Virus record (IMG/VR): IMGVR_UViG_3300025133_000019
From: a virus
Taxonomy: Duplodnaviria > Heunggongvirae > Uroviricota > Caudoviricetes
DNA length: 64,000 nt
Direction: 5' to 3' (one strand)
Shown: positions 19,478 to 29,559 of the stretch, one piece after another
How the letters are laid out: every line of letters starts with the position of its first letter
Numbering within the stretch: the first letter of the stretch is position 1
Translations under genes and position numbers: made by a program
The notes under the pieces: model-generated
What the model saw: only the letters and a program-made list of their open reading frames with translations
What the model was told of the DNA's origin: nothing
The model's database searches: none

Positions 19478-21602
19478 TGAATTAAAGATTGACGTAAATA
19501 AGTCTAAGAAAGATTTGGACTCCATTCTTGAAACTGTCCAAAATGTTCGTACCGGACTTTCTCAGGCTGGTAAAGAAGCTGAGGGATTCGGTAAGAGTGT
19601 CAAAGGGGCACAAAAGGCTGCTGACGTAACTGGCAGAGCTATGGAAAGAAGCAATAAGTCTACTAAGGAGATGTCTGACAGCCAGAAAGAGACCACAAAG
19701 AACATGAAAGAGTTTGACATGTTGACCCACAGGATAAATAGGTCTCTAGGAGATACCAGGACTATTATGGACGACATAGCTGATTTTTCGGAGACATGGG
19801 GAAGTTCTAGCGGGTTTCCCACTCTTACGAAAGCTTTGTCGGGAGGTATAGGCAAATTACAGAATAAAGATTCTATAATAGGAAAAGTAGGATCGGCTTT
19901 CGTGTCTATGTCAAAGGGCATGCAGTTTATGGGGCAAACTAGTAAATTACTAGGTTCTGTGTTTAGACCTCTCTTGTCAATGGTAAGTCTTGCTGGAGGT
20001 CTATTAAAAGGTCTGTTCTTTATTTTAGTAGGCACTCACGAAAAAGCAGCCCAAAATGCAGGAGCCTTTCAAAAAATGGCTTTGAGCATGGGTACTTTTG
20101 GTGAAAACATAGATAGGCTAGATAAAACGAATCTTACTGCGTTACAGGTTGCGGTTAATAAGGCGGGTAAAGAGCTTGGTTTCGTGGGTTCCGAGATGAT
20201 AGAAGCTTTTGGGGCTCTTGCGGAGTCGGGAGGCGTTTTCGATCTTACCGAGAAAGGGGTGGACAGGCTATCTAGATCCATCCGTCATCTAGCTGTTGTT
20301 ACGGGGCAGGACTTTAAACAAGTAGCTTCTCAACTAGGAAAGCTAATTAGTATGACTGGACGTGGCGAGGAGTATAGTAGTGCTGTTCTTAGCACGGTAA
20401 AAGATAATTTTATAAATAGTGGAATGGAGGTAGGACAGTTTACTAGTACTGTCATGGAAGCTGTGGATTCCATGGGTGACTTTGGGACAATGATAAAAGG
20501 TAACGCTAGATACCTAGCTTCTCTTAAGAACGTCACTCATTCTAATACTAGGGCTTTAGAAGCTTTTAGAAGTGCTCAGGAAGGAAGAAAACGGGAGATA
20601 GGAGAAAGCTCAGCTTTGTTAACCGACTTTTTAGGGTCAAAAGAAGGTAAAAGGGTTATTGGTACTATGATACTAGATGTTCAGAAGAAGCTAGATGATA
20701 GTAAGAAAGAGGGAGGAAAACCCCTATCTAAAGAAGAAAGTGTTATTGCAACAACTCAGTTGAGATCCTTTAAAAAACTACTGAAATCCCCTAGTGATAT
20801 AGGGGCGATTAATATATTTCGAAAAGGTGTTGACGCTCAGGTTCTTGCTTCCGCTGAAATGGCTGGATTATTGAGACTAATGGTAGGTAATACCGAAAAT
20901 TTTGATATTAACAAGTTTCTTGATAGAGGAGACTTTAATATAACTCAATTTGCCGAGGGTTTTAAAATAAGAGAGGAAAGCTTTAGAGTTTTTATAAACA
21001 GCTTTGCTAAAGCCCAGAAAAAAGACCCTTCTATGGGACTAAATGAATTTATTGGCCAATATATGACGAAAAGTGTGGCCCAATCTGAAGAGGACAAGGT
21101 AAAAAAGGAAGCTGCGGAAAAGGCTGCTGCTGATAAATGGGCAAAAGAACAACTAACCATAGCAAAGCAGGCTGCTGCTTTTACAGAGAGTCTTACTACA
21201 CACGTAGCCGATATTTTTCCTGAGATTGGTAAGATGGGGGGTCTAGCTGATATGGGTCTGGGGGGACTAGAAAAAGCTGCGGTTTGGATTTTACATGGAA
21301 TAAGGTCTGTAGTGGATATGATAAAAAATGTGTGGATGGAGATAAGCAATTTAACAGCAACTATTGCAAGCTCTTGGTTTTTCAAGTCGCCTCCGCTCCC
21401 CGTGACACCTGCATCGGCTCCCCCAACTCTAACCGTAGCTAACCTTACAGAAGGTCTTTATGAGGATATGGTACGGGGGCATAACAAACATCTAGATAAC
21501 CTTTATAAGCCGGGAAGAGGTGGGAATACCACTCTCAATCTTCATAGTAATCTTAGCAAGTTTTCCCAAGTGGTGAGCTATACTGTAGAGCAGAGTCGTT
21601 AA
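19470..21602 (+). CDS. Tape measure protein
   Basis: 710 aa, helical and A/G/S/K/M-rich with hydrophobic segments; canonical position. Confidence 0.8.
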   Translation: MADELKIDVNKSKKDLDSILETVQNVRTGLSQAGKEAEGFGKSVKGAQKAADVTGRAMERSNKSTKEMSDSQKETTKNMKEFDMLTHRINRSLGDTRTIMDDIADFSETWGSSSGFPTLTKALSGGIGKLQNKDSIIGKVGSAFVSMSKGMQFMGQTSKLLGSVFRPLLSMVSLAGGLLKGLFFILVGTHEKAAQNAGAFQKMALSMGTFGENIDRLDKTNLTALQVAVNKAGKELGFVGSEMIEAFGALAESGGVFDLTEKGVDRLSRSIRHLAVVTGQDFKQVASQLGKLISMTGRGEEYSSAVLSTVKDNFINSGMEVGQFTSTVMEAVDSMGDFGTMIKGNARYLASLKNVTHSNTRALEAFRSAQEGRKREIGESSALLTDFLGSKEGKRVIGTMILDVQKKLDDSKKEGGKPLSKEESVIATTQLRSFKKLLKSPSDIGAINIFRKGVDAQVLASAEMAGLLRLMVGNTENFDINKFLDRGDFNITQFAEGFKIREESFRVFINSFAKAQKKDPSMGLNEFIGQYMTKSVAQSEEDKVKKEAAEKAAADKWAKEQLTIAKQAAAFTESLTTHVADIFPEIGKMGGLADMGLGGLEKAAVWILHGIRSVVDMIKNVWMEISNLTATIASSWFFKSPPLPVTPASAPPTLTVANLTEGLYEDMVRGHNKHLDNLYKPGRGGNTTLNLHSNLSKFSQVVSYTVEQSR

Positions 21603-21604
21603 TA

Positions 21605-22105
21605 ATGCTCTCAGAGGTTAAGGATAAAGAGAAAGATCTATCCACATCTCTTCTCATTACTGTCCCTTCTTTAGGGGATATATCTTTTGCTATGTTTGTA
21701 AACCCTTCTAAATTGGAGTGGGATTTGGGGGCCAAAAGACAACAAATAGATGAGAACTGGGAAGGTAATACGGAATCAAACTTTCCAAGTGATTACGAAA
21801 TCCTTACTATAACAGGAACAACTGGGGCTTTTATACACAATTCTGAAGGAATACTACATATTAATAGGGAAGATAGTACTGCATACCAGAAGTATCAAGC
21901 TCTTGTGGAAATTATTAAGAATAATGGTATGGAATACAATAGTGCTGGCAGACCTTTAGATGTGTCTCCTATTAGAATTCACTATTTAGGAGCAGTTTGG
22001 GAGGGAAATTTTAGGTCTTTTTCTTCTGTGGAAGAAGAAACTAGTCCTCTACAGTTTACAATTGATTTTGAGTTTCAAGCGGAAAGGAGCATAATTAGAA
22101 CATGA
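21605..22105 (+). CDS. Tail-tube initiator-like baseplate protein
   Basis: VNPS...ITG.G.F...KNNG...G.F.SF...P..F.FEF tube-like pattern; paralog of 22102. Confidence 0.65.
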   Translation: MLSEVKDKEKDLSTSLLITVPSLGDISFAMFVNPSKLEWDLGAKRQQIDENWEGNTESNFPSDYEILTITGTTGAFIHNSEGILHINREDSTAYQKYQALVEIIKNNGMEYNSAGRPLDVSPIRIHYLGAVWEGNFRSFSSVEEETSPLQFTIDFEFQAERSIIRT

Positions 22106-22881
22106 GTGAAAAGGCTTTTAATAAATTCTTAGAACTCAATAAGCAGGTAACTGCTGCTAACCACACGAAAAGAATTTTTGATGATATCAGAAAAAATTTA
22201 AGGGAAGAGGAGGCTGTGCCAAAAGGAAGATCGGGAACTAGTTTAGACAGTTCTAATTTTATAGTTTATGTTCCCCAGCATTTAAATCCATCAGATTTTT
22301 TTATGGTGAATAATTCGGAGGATTCTGGAAAATTAGTTATCCCTAAGAACGAACGAACAGAAGATATTATGAAAATACGTTTAATAGAGATGTCAGTGAA
22401 CATTCCTGAGTTGTACTTGTTAGTAAATCCTAGCTCTCTTTCTATTAACCAAGAAAAATCTTATACTACTTATTATACTAGATATGGGCCTAAAACAGAA
22501 TGGAATGGTAATAAACCTACGGAAATTACTATATCTGGTAAAAGCGGAGGATTTTACCGAGAAAATCTGGATTATGATGGTGCAGGGTATAATGTTAGAA
22601 ACTATTTTAGTACACTAGCATTTAAGAATATAATGAGCTTAGTTTCTATGTATAAAAACAATGGGTTCGTTTATGGTACTACTTCGATAGGCGAGAAGGA
22701 TACAATATTTAGAAATATGGTAACTGATTTAGGTAAAGTGGAAATAGTATACAAACATAAAATTTATCAAGGCTCTTTTAAGACAATGTCTTTGTCATTT
22801 GAAGACTCCGATCCATCTAGACTAGACTTTAATTTCTCTTTTGCAGCTTATAAAGAAATAGACGGAAGGCCAGTATTCTAA
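22102..22881 (+). CDS. Tail-tube initiator-like baseplate protein (paralog)
   Basis: LVNPSSL...ITISGKSGGF...YKNNG...YQGSF...FNFSF. Confidence 0.65.
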   Translation: MSEKAFNKFLELNKQVTAANHTKRIFDDIRKNLREEEAVPKGRSGTSLDSSNFIVYVPQHLNPSDFFMVNNSEDSGKLVIPKNERTEDIMKIRLIEMSVNIPELYLLVNPSSLSINQEKSYTTYYTRYGPKTEWNGNKPTEITISGKSGGFYRENLDYDGAGYNVRNYFSTLAFKNIMSLVSMYKNNGFVYGTTSIGEKDTIFRNMVTDLGKVEIVYKHKIYQGSFKTMSLSFEDSDPSRLDFNFSFAAYKEIDGRPVF

Positions 22882-24803
22882 TGTCAAATAAATTAGGAAA
22901 TAAGCAGTATACTCGTTTATACAGGGATTGGATCGTTTTGATTAACGACAAACCAGAAGTTGAACTTATTTCTGAAGGCCGTTCTTACAAGAGAGATATA
23001 AATGAAGATGTAACTAGTATTAGTGCTAATTATAATATTGATGCTCCTCCCGCAACATGTGATATAGAAATACAAGCTCCGAGACATAAAAGTCAGGGAG
23101 AGCCTTTGCCTTATAGGGATGGATCTAAAGTACAAATAAAAGATTTTGACGAGATAAAAGTGTACGCAAGAAATAGATTCAAATATCCTGACGGAAAAAC
23201 AGAGTTTTCAGAAATTTTTAGAGGGATAGTTATCAGAATAGTTGATTCTGGGGAAGGCAATAATCACAGGATAACATTGAATTGTGTGGATATGTTGTAC
23301 TGGTGGAAAATAATGAGAATGAATATCAACCCTTCTCTAATTAATAGGTTGACTTATTCATTTAGAACAAAGAATGATGCCAAAAAAACTATTTACGGGG
23401 ACAGAAATCCTTACGAAATAATTTCTTATATATCTAAGATTTATAAAATAGATTTTGCAGGAGATAATACTAAGTTTGTGCCTAGAACTCAAGCAGAGGC
23501 TTTTGTTGCTGACACCAATGCTTCTTGTGCTATGGAGGTTTGGGAAGACAGATTTAAAAAAGTTGAGAGAAAGTTAGCTTTTTACGGTTTAGCTGGAGCC
23601 ACGGACAGCGATGAGAGTAAGACAAATAAACGTGATATAAAGGCACAAAGTGGTAGCAAGGCAAAAAGAGATTCTAATAGATCTAGGTCGTCTTCTGCTG
23701 ACTCTGTATCTCAGATAGATGAAACAGACCAATTTAAAACGGTCACCATAGATATTGACAAGAATAGTCTAATTAAGTTCAAGCCTTTTGAACAAATATT
23801 TATACCCAGTGCTTTTCAAGATGAGTACAAAACGAGGTTGGAGATAGCTCAGGAACTTGCTAGAATATGTGGTTACGAGTTTTTCCAGGATACAGGCGGT
23901 TACATAACGTTTAAGCCCCCGTTTTACAATGTAAAAATAGATAGAAGCGCTGCCCCTGTTTATGTGGTGGAGGAGCCGGATTTAATTAGTGCGGATTTTA
24001 GCTCCAATTCTGAAGAAGTAGTTACGGAAATGAGTGTTAAAGGGGTGTATTCAACTCAATATAACTCCTCTTTAGATGAAGGTGTTAGGGCATTCTATCG
24101 AGATGGTTATATGGCTTGCCAATACGGGATACAAACTCAGAATATGGAGGTGGCCTGGATTAGGTCTAGTACACAAGCTCTGCAATATGCTGTAAGCGAG
24201 TTAGACAAGATAAATTCTTACCGATTTCAAGCTAGCCTTTCAATTACAGGAAGGCCGGAGCTTAGGCTGGGCATGCCTATTTATATAGCTAGTCATGATG
24301 CTTATTGGTATATAACTGGCATCGCTCATAATTTATCAAGTGATTCGTTTACTACTACTATAACAGCAACTGCTAAAAGGGATAAGTTTTTTCATAAAGG
24401 CCAAGAGATGAAGAATGCAGTTCTTAAGTCTGAGGCCATGGGAGTTGATCCTAATAATGATAGCAGAATTAAGACCCACGTAGTCCAGTCTGTTAATGGG
24501 GTGATGTCTACGGGTAGTGTATCAACAGTGACTGTTTCTAAAGATACTATAGAATTACCAGTATCTGATGAATTGGGGTACGAGTTAACCGGAGGATTTC
24601 CTTACGGAAGAAGTTTCACTGTTAATGAGAAAGGCAATATAGAAGATTCTTCTGGGAGAGTTATCTCCCCTTCTACTGTACCAGATATTTTGACTAATTA
24701 TGAAATAAAAAATAAGACCAAAGGTGCTCAGGATCAGGATGTTGCATCGCCTCAAGACGGGGGAGTGGAACCCAATCCCAGGTTTTTTAAGGGTGCGGTC
24801 TAA
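22881..24803 (+). CDS. Baseplate hub protein (T4 gp27/P2 gpD-like)
   Basis: FRGIV...ITLNCVD, YEFFQDTGG.I.FKPPFY, GRPELRLG.P...YITGIAH...FTTT. Confidence 0.8.
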   Translation: MSNKLGNKQYTRLYRDWIVLINDKPEVELISEGRSYKRDINEDVTSISANYNIDAPPATCDIEIQAPRHKSQGEPLPYRDGSKVQIKDFDEIKVYARNRFKYPDGKTEFSEIFRGIVIRIVDSGEGNNHRITLNCVDMLYWWKIMRMNINPSLINRLTYSFRTKNDAKKTIYGDRNPYEIISYISKIYKIDFAGDNTKFVPRTQAEAFVADTNASCAMEVWEDRFKKVERKLAFYGLAGATDSDESKTNKRDIKAQSGSKAKRDSNRSRSSSADSVSQIDETDQFKTVTIDIDKNSLIKFKPFEQIFIPSAFQDEYKTRLEIAQELARICGYEFFQDTGGYITFKPPFYNVKIDRSAAPVYVVEEPDLISADFSSNSEEVVTEMSVKGVYSTQYNSSLDEGVRAFYRDGYMACQYGIQTQNMEVAWIRSSTQALQYAVSELDKINSYRFQASLSITGRPELRLGMPIYIASHDAYWYITGIAHNLSSDSFTTTITATAKRDKFFHKGQEMKNAVLKSEAMGVDPNNDSRIKTHVVQSVNGVMSTGSVSTVTVSKDTIELPVSDELGYELTGGFPYGRSFTVNEKGNIEDSSGRVISPSTVPDILTNYEIKNKTKGAQDQDVASPQDGGVEPNPRFFKGAV

Positions 24804-26818
24804 TGTTTTTAAGTTCTTTTCCTAATGTTTATTATCCTCAATCTGGATTTCGTAATAATAATGATAGCTTTAATTATTATTTAGGAGTTGCCAGAATAGT
24901 TCACTATGATCCTAATTCTAAGAAAGCCGATATTCAGTGGTTGGATGGATTTGGAGGCAGTGCTAATAGTGTAGATGTCGCATTCATGGAATCCAATAGG
25001 GACTCTTTTTTCGGAATCCCCCCTAGTGACGGTGATGTGGTTTTAGTTTCTAGGGGCCGAGGAAATCTCTCCTCTGGATTTCCTTATATTGTAGCCAAGT
25101 TACCAATTTCCTCGGAAGCCACTAGAATAAATGCTTTTGTATATGACTTTTTTGAGGATAGATATGATTTCTCTTATACTAGATCTCCAGAATCCTCTGA
25201 TCCGTATTTAAAATCTAAGAAGGGATCAGAACTCCATCTTACTCAAGATATTTTTTTGGGGACTTCTTCTTTTTCCCAGATAGAAGGAATATCTTCCCAA
25301 GATATTTTTTATAATACTTCTAGGGCATTCCATTTCTTTGGCGGAGGTATTTGGGGGAATTTTGGAACTGTCAATTTACCAATGGCATTTCAGAAAACAG
25401 GGGACTCCGGAGACATAAAGTCTTTACATAAAAATGAGTATGACAGACAAGCTTCTAAATCTATAGATTCCGGGATAACTCCTATTATTTTGGAAGACGG
25501 GACTTTTTTATATGCTCCTACTGAGAACGACAGTAAGAAAAACGGCGATGAGTCTGACCCATACACCGAATTTGATTTCATGCTGTCAGAGACTCACCCC
25601 CTAGAACCTGTATCTTTAGGGTCGTCTGATTTGATTAACGAAGACTTTTTAAAGGCCGGGGAAGATACAGGTATTTTTGCAAGACTAGGTTTTGGAACAA
25701 AAATCGGCAAGGACCCTGAACGTAAGGATTTATATTCTCGTCCTGTAAGAAGAGCTATATATTCTGAAGATTCCGAAGATCAACTTAAATTTGAAACCGA
25801 CAAGAAAAAATTACAAGAAGGAATTAAAACTAAAGATGATAACGATAAATTCGGAACTAGCTTTTGGTTCAATTTATATCAAAAATCTAAGGAAGTCGGT
25901 TTTTTTGAAGTAATAAGATCCGGGGCTATAAAAATATTCTCGGGAGTCAAATCCGAAAGCGACGGAGGAGACGGAGATTCAGGAAATTCTTTGGAATTAG
26001 ATCTGAAAGGCAGAGTAAAGGCTTCTATAGGCAATTTTGAGGACTACAACCCCGATATAGATGAATGCAGCGATGACCAATTTCCGGAAATCAAAAAGTC
26101 TTCCAAAACAGAGTCAGTCATAGGGTTCTTTAAAAAAGGTATAAATTTATTTATAAAAGAGAAAGACGATAATGACACCGCTTTTCAAATTTATGCCGAA
26201 GAAGGTCATGGTAGATTGAGGTTCGGAGGAGACTTTCATGTTCATGTTGAAGGCAAGGAAAGAAGGTATGTGAAAGGAGATGGAGTTTCCACTTATAACG
26301 GAAATTTTTTATTAAGAGCTTCTAAGAGTTTTGTTGCAAAATCTAAAAAGACTTTAGGATTTCAGGGGTCTCCTTTGGTGTTTGCATTAAAGCCCTCCAC
26401 ATTTACAGATAGCTGCGGGGGTAGTAGCTCTTCGGGAACGTCTAGTAATGTGATAACCATAGGATTTGGGTCTGATATTACTGACACGGGAGAGGTACAA
26501 GGTGGGAAACAAGCAAAGGCCACAGTAGACAGCATAGAGTCTCCTACTAAACTTACGTTAGATTTAGCTGGTTTAAATGAGATCTTGGTGCAGAATTTTA
26601 CTAAGTTTGTGTTTGATGGTAAAGTAGATGTAGGCAAGAGTCCTAAACCAGTTGGTGTTAAAGGAAGTATATCCTCTTTCAGCGGATCTAACGATGTACA
26701 TACTAATCATACTTTAGATCAACAGTTGAGCGGGTCCTTAAGAGCCAGTGGGGGAGGATCTTCCTCAGGTTCTACTGGAGATTCTGGAACCCAACGTTAT
26801 GAAAGTGTACCGTTGTAA
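24803..26818 (+). CDS. Baseplate central spike (gp5/gpV-like OB fold plus beta-helix)
   Basis: N-terminal ARIVHYDP...PSDGDVVLV OB motif; C-terminal VEGKE..VKGD...YNGN repeats; follows the hub. Confidence 0.7.
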   Translation: MFLSSFPNVYYPQSGFRNNNDSFNYYLGVARIVHYDPNSKKADIQWLDGFGGSANSVDVAFMESNRDSFFGIPPSDGDVVLVSRGRGNLSSGFPYIVAKLPISSEATRINAFVYDFFEDRYDFSYTRSPESSDPYLKSKKGSELHLTQDIFLGTSSFSQIEGISSQDIFYNTSRAFHFFGGGIWGNFGTVNLPMAFQKTGDSGDIKSLHKNEYDRQASKSIDSGITPIILEDGTFLYAPTENDSKKNGDESDPYTEFDFMLSETHPLEPVSLGSSDLINEDFLKAGEDTGIFARLGFGTKIGKDPERKDLYSRPVRRAIYSEDSEDQLKFETDKKKLQEGIKTKDDNDKFGTSFWFNLYQKSKEVGFFEVIRSGAIKIFSGVKSESDGGDGDSGNSLELDLKGRVKASIGNFEDYNPDIDECSDDQFPEIKKSSKTESVIGFFKKGINLFIKEKDDNDTAFQIYAEEGHGRLRFGGDFHVHVEGKERRYVKGDGVSTYNGNFLLRASKSFVAKSKKTLGFQGSPLVFALKPSTFTDSCGGSSSSGTSSNVITIGFGSDITDTGEVQGGKQAKATVDSIESPTKLTLDLAGLNEILVQNFTKFVFDGKVDVGKSPKPVGVKGSISSFSGSNDVHTNHTLDQQLSGSLRASGGGSSSGSTGDSGTQRYESVPL

Positions 26819-26820
26819 AT

Positions 26821-27774
26821 ATGACTATTAATCAAGCTATATTAGATAAGTTCTCAGCCACAGTTTCAGAGACTATTAAAGATAGGATAGACTCTTTATT
26901 TCTAGATGCTAGTATTGAAGAAGATTACTTTGAATCTATTGACGAAGCTATTGCTTCATCAGTTGAATCTGTTGCCTCTTTAGATCTTGAGATAGAGGTT
27001 TACGACTTTTTGCTGCAAGTAGTGGTGGAATCTATAAACGATCATTTGGATACAGCCATTCAAACTATAAAAGATATGGATACTTCACAAGGGAACGTTT
27101 TATTGTGGAGCCCTAATTCGGTGGTATCTCCCTTAGACTCAAGCAATATAACTCCAGGATCTCCTGTACTGTCAGGGGAATATACGCCAGCACAAGGTTT
27201 ACCTAGCTTGGAGGAAACAGGGAATAATTACAAGATTCCTTATCAAATAAATTATTCCTACATTGATCACGATTCAGGAAGCAGATCCAATGGAGTTGAT
27301 CCTGATGGCCCATCAGAGTTAAGTTCCCCTGGACATAGAGAGCCAAATGACCCAGTAATTTCCTATACTTATGAGGGAGACACAAGAATTTTACCGGGAA
27401 TCAGAATTAAAGACACTGAGCCTAGTTATGAGTTTTTTACAGACGGAATAGAGGTTTATTACTACAGACCAGTGTATTCGTCTAGTGACGAGACTCCACA
27501 AGGCGGGGGTCCTCCCGAAACAGTTATTGGTATAACTGAGGAAAAGGTCATAGTTTATGACACATCTTCGGCACAAGCTCTTTCCGAGTTGGTAAACAGT
27601 GGTAAAATTTTATTTTATATATTTGAGCTTCTCAGAAATGGGGTAGAGCAAACTTCTGGGGCCTACACACAAACAGTTAATTTATATTCTTCTATTGATA
27701 GAATGTTAATTCAAAAAGATAACTTTATATTTAAGACTGATTTACTTAAAGAGTTGGTTAATAATGGCGATTAA
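26821..27774 (+). CDS. Hypothetical baseplate-region protein
   Basis: 317-aa ORF in operon. Confidence 0.6.
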   Translation: MTINQAILDKFSATVSETIKDRIDSLFLDASIEEDYFESIDEAIASSVESVASLDLEIEVYDFLLQVVVESINDHLDTAIQTIKDMDTSQGNVLLWSPNSVVSPLDSSNITPGSPVLSGEYTPAQGLPSLEETGNNYKIPYQINYSYIDHDSGSRSNGVDPDGPSELSSPGHREPNDPVISYTYEGDTRILPGIRIKDTEPSYEFFTDGIEVYYYRPVYSSSDETPQGGGPPETVIGITEEKVIVYDTSSAQALSELVNSGKILFYIFELLRNGVEQTSGAYTQTVNLYSSIDRMLIQKDNFIFKTDLLKELVNNGD

Positions 27775-28510
27775 TTTAGGCTCGAAAGCAGGCAAGATTT
27801 CAGATATAGAGCTGCCTTCTGGCACAAGCACTTCTGGAATTCCAGAGCCGACTGGGGATGCTACCTCCAACGAGGACGTAGAGTTAATAAAAAGGCAAAT
27901 TTTTGAGTCAGACTTTTTAGGGTCTATAGGAACTTATTTCCATGAAGATGATTATAAGAGACTAGAAGAGTTTTATAAAGGTCTGGACAAAGATGTTGAG
28001 AAGATAAAAACTCATATAAACAAAGAATTAGGGCGGATAGAGAAAAAGCTTAAAAAGATGTTTAAACTGCAAGAAAAGCTAACTAAAAAAACATCAGAGA
28101 AGAAGTTTGAAGCCATAAAAAATGGACTAGATTCTAAGGATGATTCCGTAGTGTGTTTTGGCGGTAAACACGATACTGATCTTGGCGGAGGCTCTGAGTC
28201 CTCAGGTGAGATTCAGAAGATAATAACAGTTCCTCCTCCTTTACAGGACAACAGTGCTTTAGTGATGACCACAGGGTACTATAAAAGAAAGTTTTCCCAT
28301 GCTAACGAGAGGGCCAAGTCTATTACTAATAGTATAATGTCTTTACTTTCTAAGTATCAGAACTTAATGAGGATATCCGAGTATATAGAAGATTCTGAAA
28401 ATAAGCATGAGGTAGGCAAAGTCTACATAGATACAGCTATTGATAATAAAGATGTATATCCTACTATAGGCCCTATAGAGAACACTACTCTCACTCCTAC
28501 CTCTACCTAA
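27764..28510 (+). CDS. Hypothetical coiled-coil protein
   Basis: 248 aa; K/E-rich heptads. Confidence 0.6.
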   Translation: MAINLGSKAGKISDIELPSGTSTSGIPEPTGDATSNEDVELIKRQIFESDFLGSIGTYFHEDDYKRLEEFYKGLDKDVEKIKTHINKELGRIEKKLKKMFKLQEKLTKKTSEKKFEAIKNGLDSKDDSVVCFGGKHDTDLGGGSESSGEIQKIITVPPPLQDNSALVMTTGYYKRKFSHANERAKSITNSIMSLLSKYQNLMRISEYIEDSENKHEVGKVYIDTAIDNKDVYPTIGPIENTTLTPTST

Positions 28511-28559
28511 GATTTCATCAAACTAAAAAAGAATAGTTTTTTTGTTCTGGGTTATGCAT

Positions 28560-29558
28560 ATGAGCTTCGACTTCAGGATAAGAAATTTTTGTGACCATAA
28601 AGTTTTCAAAGAAAAGCTTGAGTTACAAAGTGATCTTCTTAGTTTAGTTATACCTAGAAAAATTAGTAATACGTCTTTGCTCAGGGTATTTGTAGACGGA
28701 AAAGAAGTAGAAAGACTAGACCCAGTTTTTGGCTTTGATGTGGTATTACAAGAGCATTTCAAAGAAACTAAAACAACGGGGTCTCAGTTATTTAGACTTT
28801 TGAAAAATAAAAAAATTGTTTTAAATACTTTAGATGTTGATATCAGCACTCTTAAGTTTTACGAGAATTTGGACAGAACTAAAGAAATACCTAGTAATGC
28901 GTTTAAAATATCTACTAGCATAGACTCAACGACTATAGAGGTTAATGACAATTTAGAAGAAGATCAACTAGGTAAATTTTGTTTTATCACATTTTCGTAT
29001 TCTATTTTTAATAAGGAACTCACTGAAACTGCTTTGCATGAAATACAATTTCTGAAGTTTTTACCCAATCAAAATAGTCATGTTTTTGAAGTTAGCTATA
29101 TCACTACTGTAAAAGAGTGTAGAAAGTGTAATGGATTTGGCTATCACAATGACTTAGAACTAGATAGCACGGGAAACTTTAAAACTGTTGTGAACAACGA
29201 GAAGTTAATTCAAGACTCACATATATTCACATTTACCGAGAAAGGGAGTGATCCATTTTATCTCTATTTAGGCACGACTATACTAAGTATAGTAGGATCT
29301 CCTTACATAAGAAACTTTACTGAATTAGAATTAGTTAGAACAACACGGGATTCCCTAGAGAATTTACAGGATCTGCAAGAGTCCCAAAGCACGGTACAAG
29401 ACGTACCTAAGCAAGAAAAATTATTGGAAATTAAGGAAATAAAGTTAACTAGAAGAGCGTCTGATGATACCTTTTTTGATTTAGGCGTTAAGATATCGTC
29501 TGAATTAGATGAAGAATTAGAATTAGATACTCTTTTGAAGTTTAGCAGGGTAGTTTAA
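28560..29558 (+). CDS. Baseplate wedge/sheath initiator (gp25-like C domain) with Zn motif
   Basis: C-terminal EKLIQD...TEKGSDPF..YLGT gp25-like; N-terminal CDH and internal CRKCNG.G; likely start MSFDF at 28560. Confidence 0.7.
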   Translation: MSFDFRIRNFCDHKVFKEKLELQSDLLSLVIPRKISNTSLLRVFVDGKEVERLDPVFGFDVVLQEHFKETKTTGSQLFRLLKNKKIVLNTLDVDISTLKFYENLDRTKEIPSNAFKISTSIDSTTIEVNDNLEEDQLGKFCFITFSYSIFNKELTETALHEIQFLKFLPNQNSHVFEVSYITTVKECRKCNGFGYHNDLELDSTGNFKTVVNNEKLIQDSHIFTFTEKGSDPFYLYLGTTILSIVGSPYIRNFTELELVRTTRDSLENLQDLQESQSTVQDVPKQEKLLEIKEIKLTRRASDDTFFDLGVKISSELDEELELDTLLKFSRVV

Positions 29559-29559
29559 T

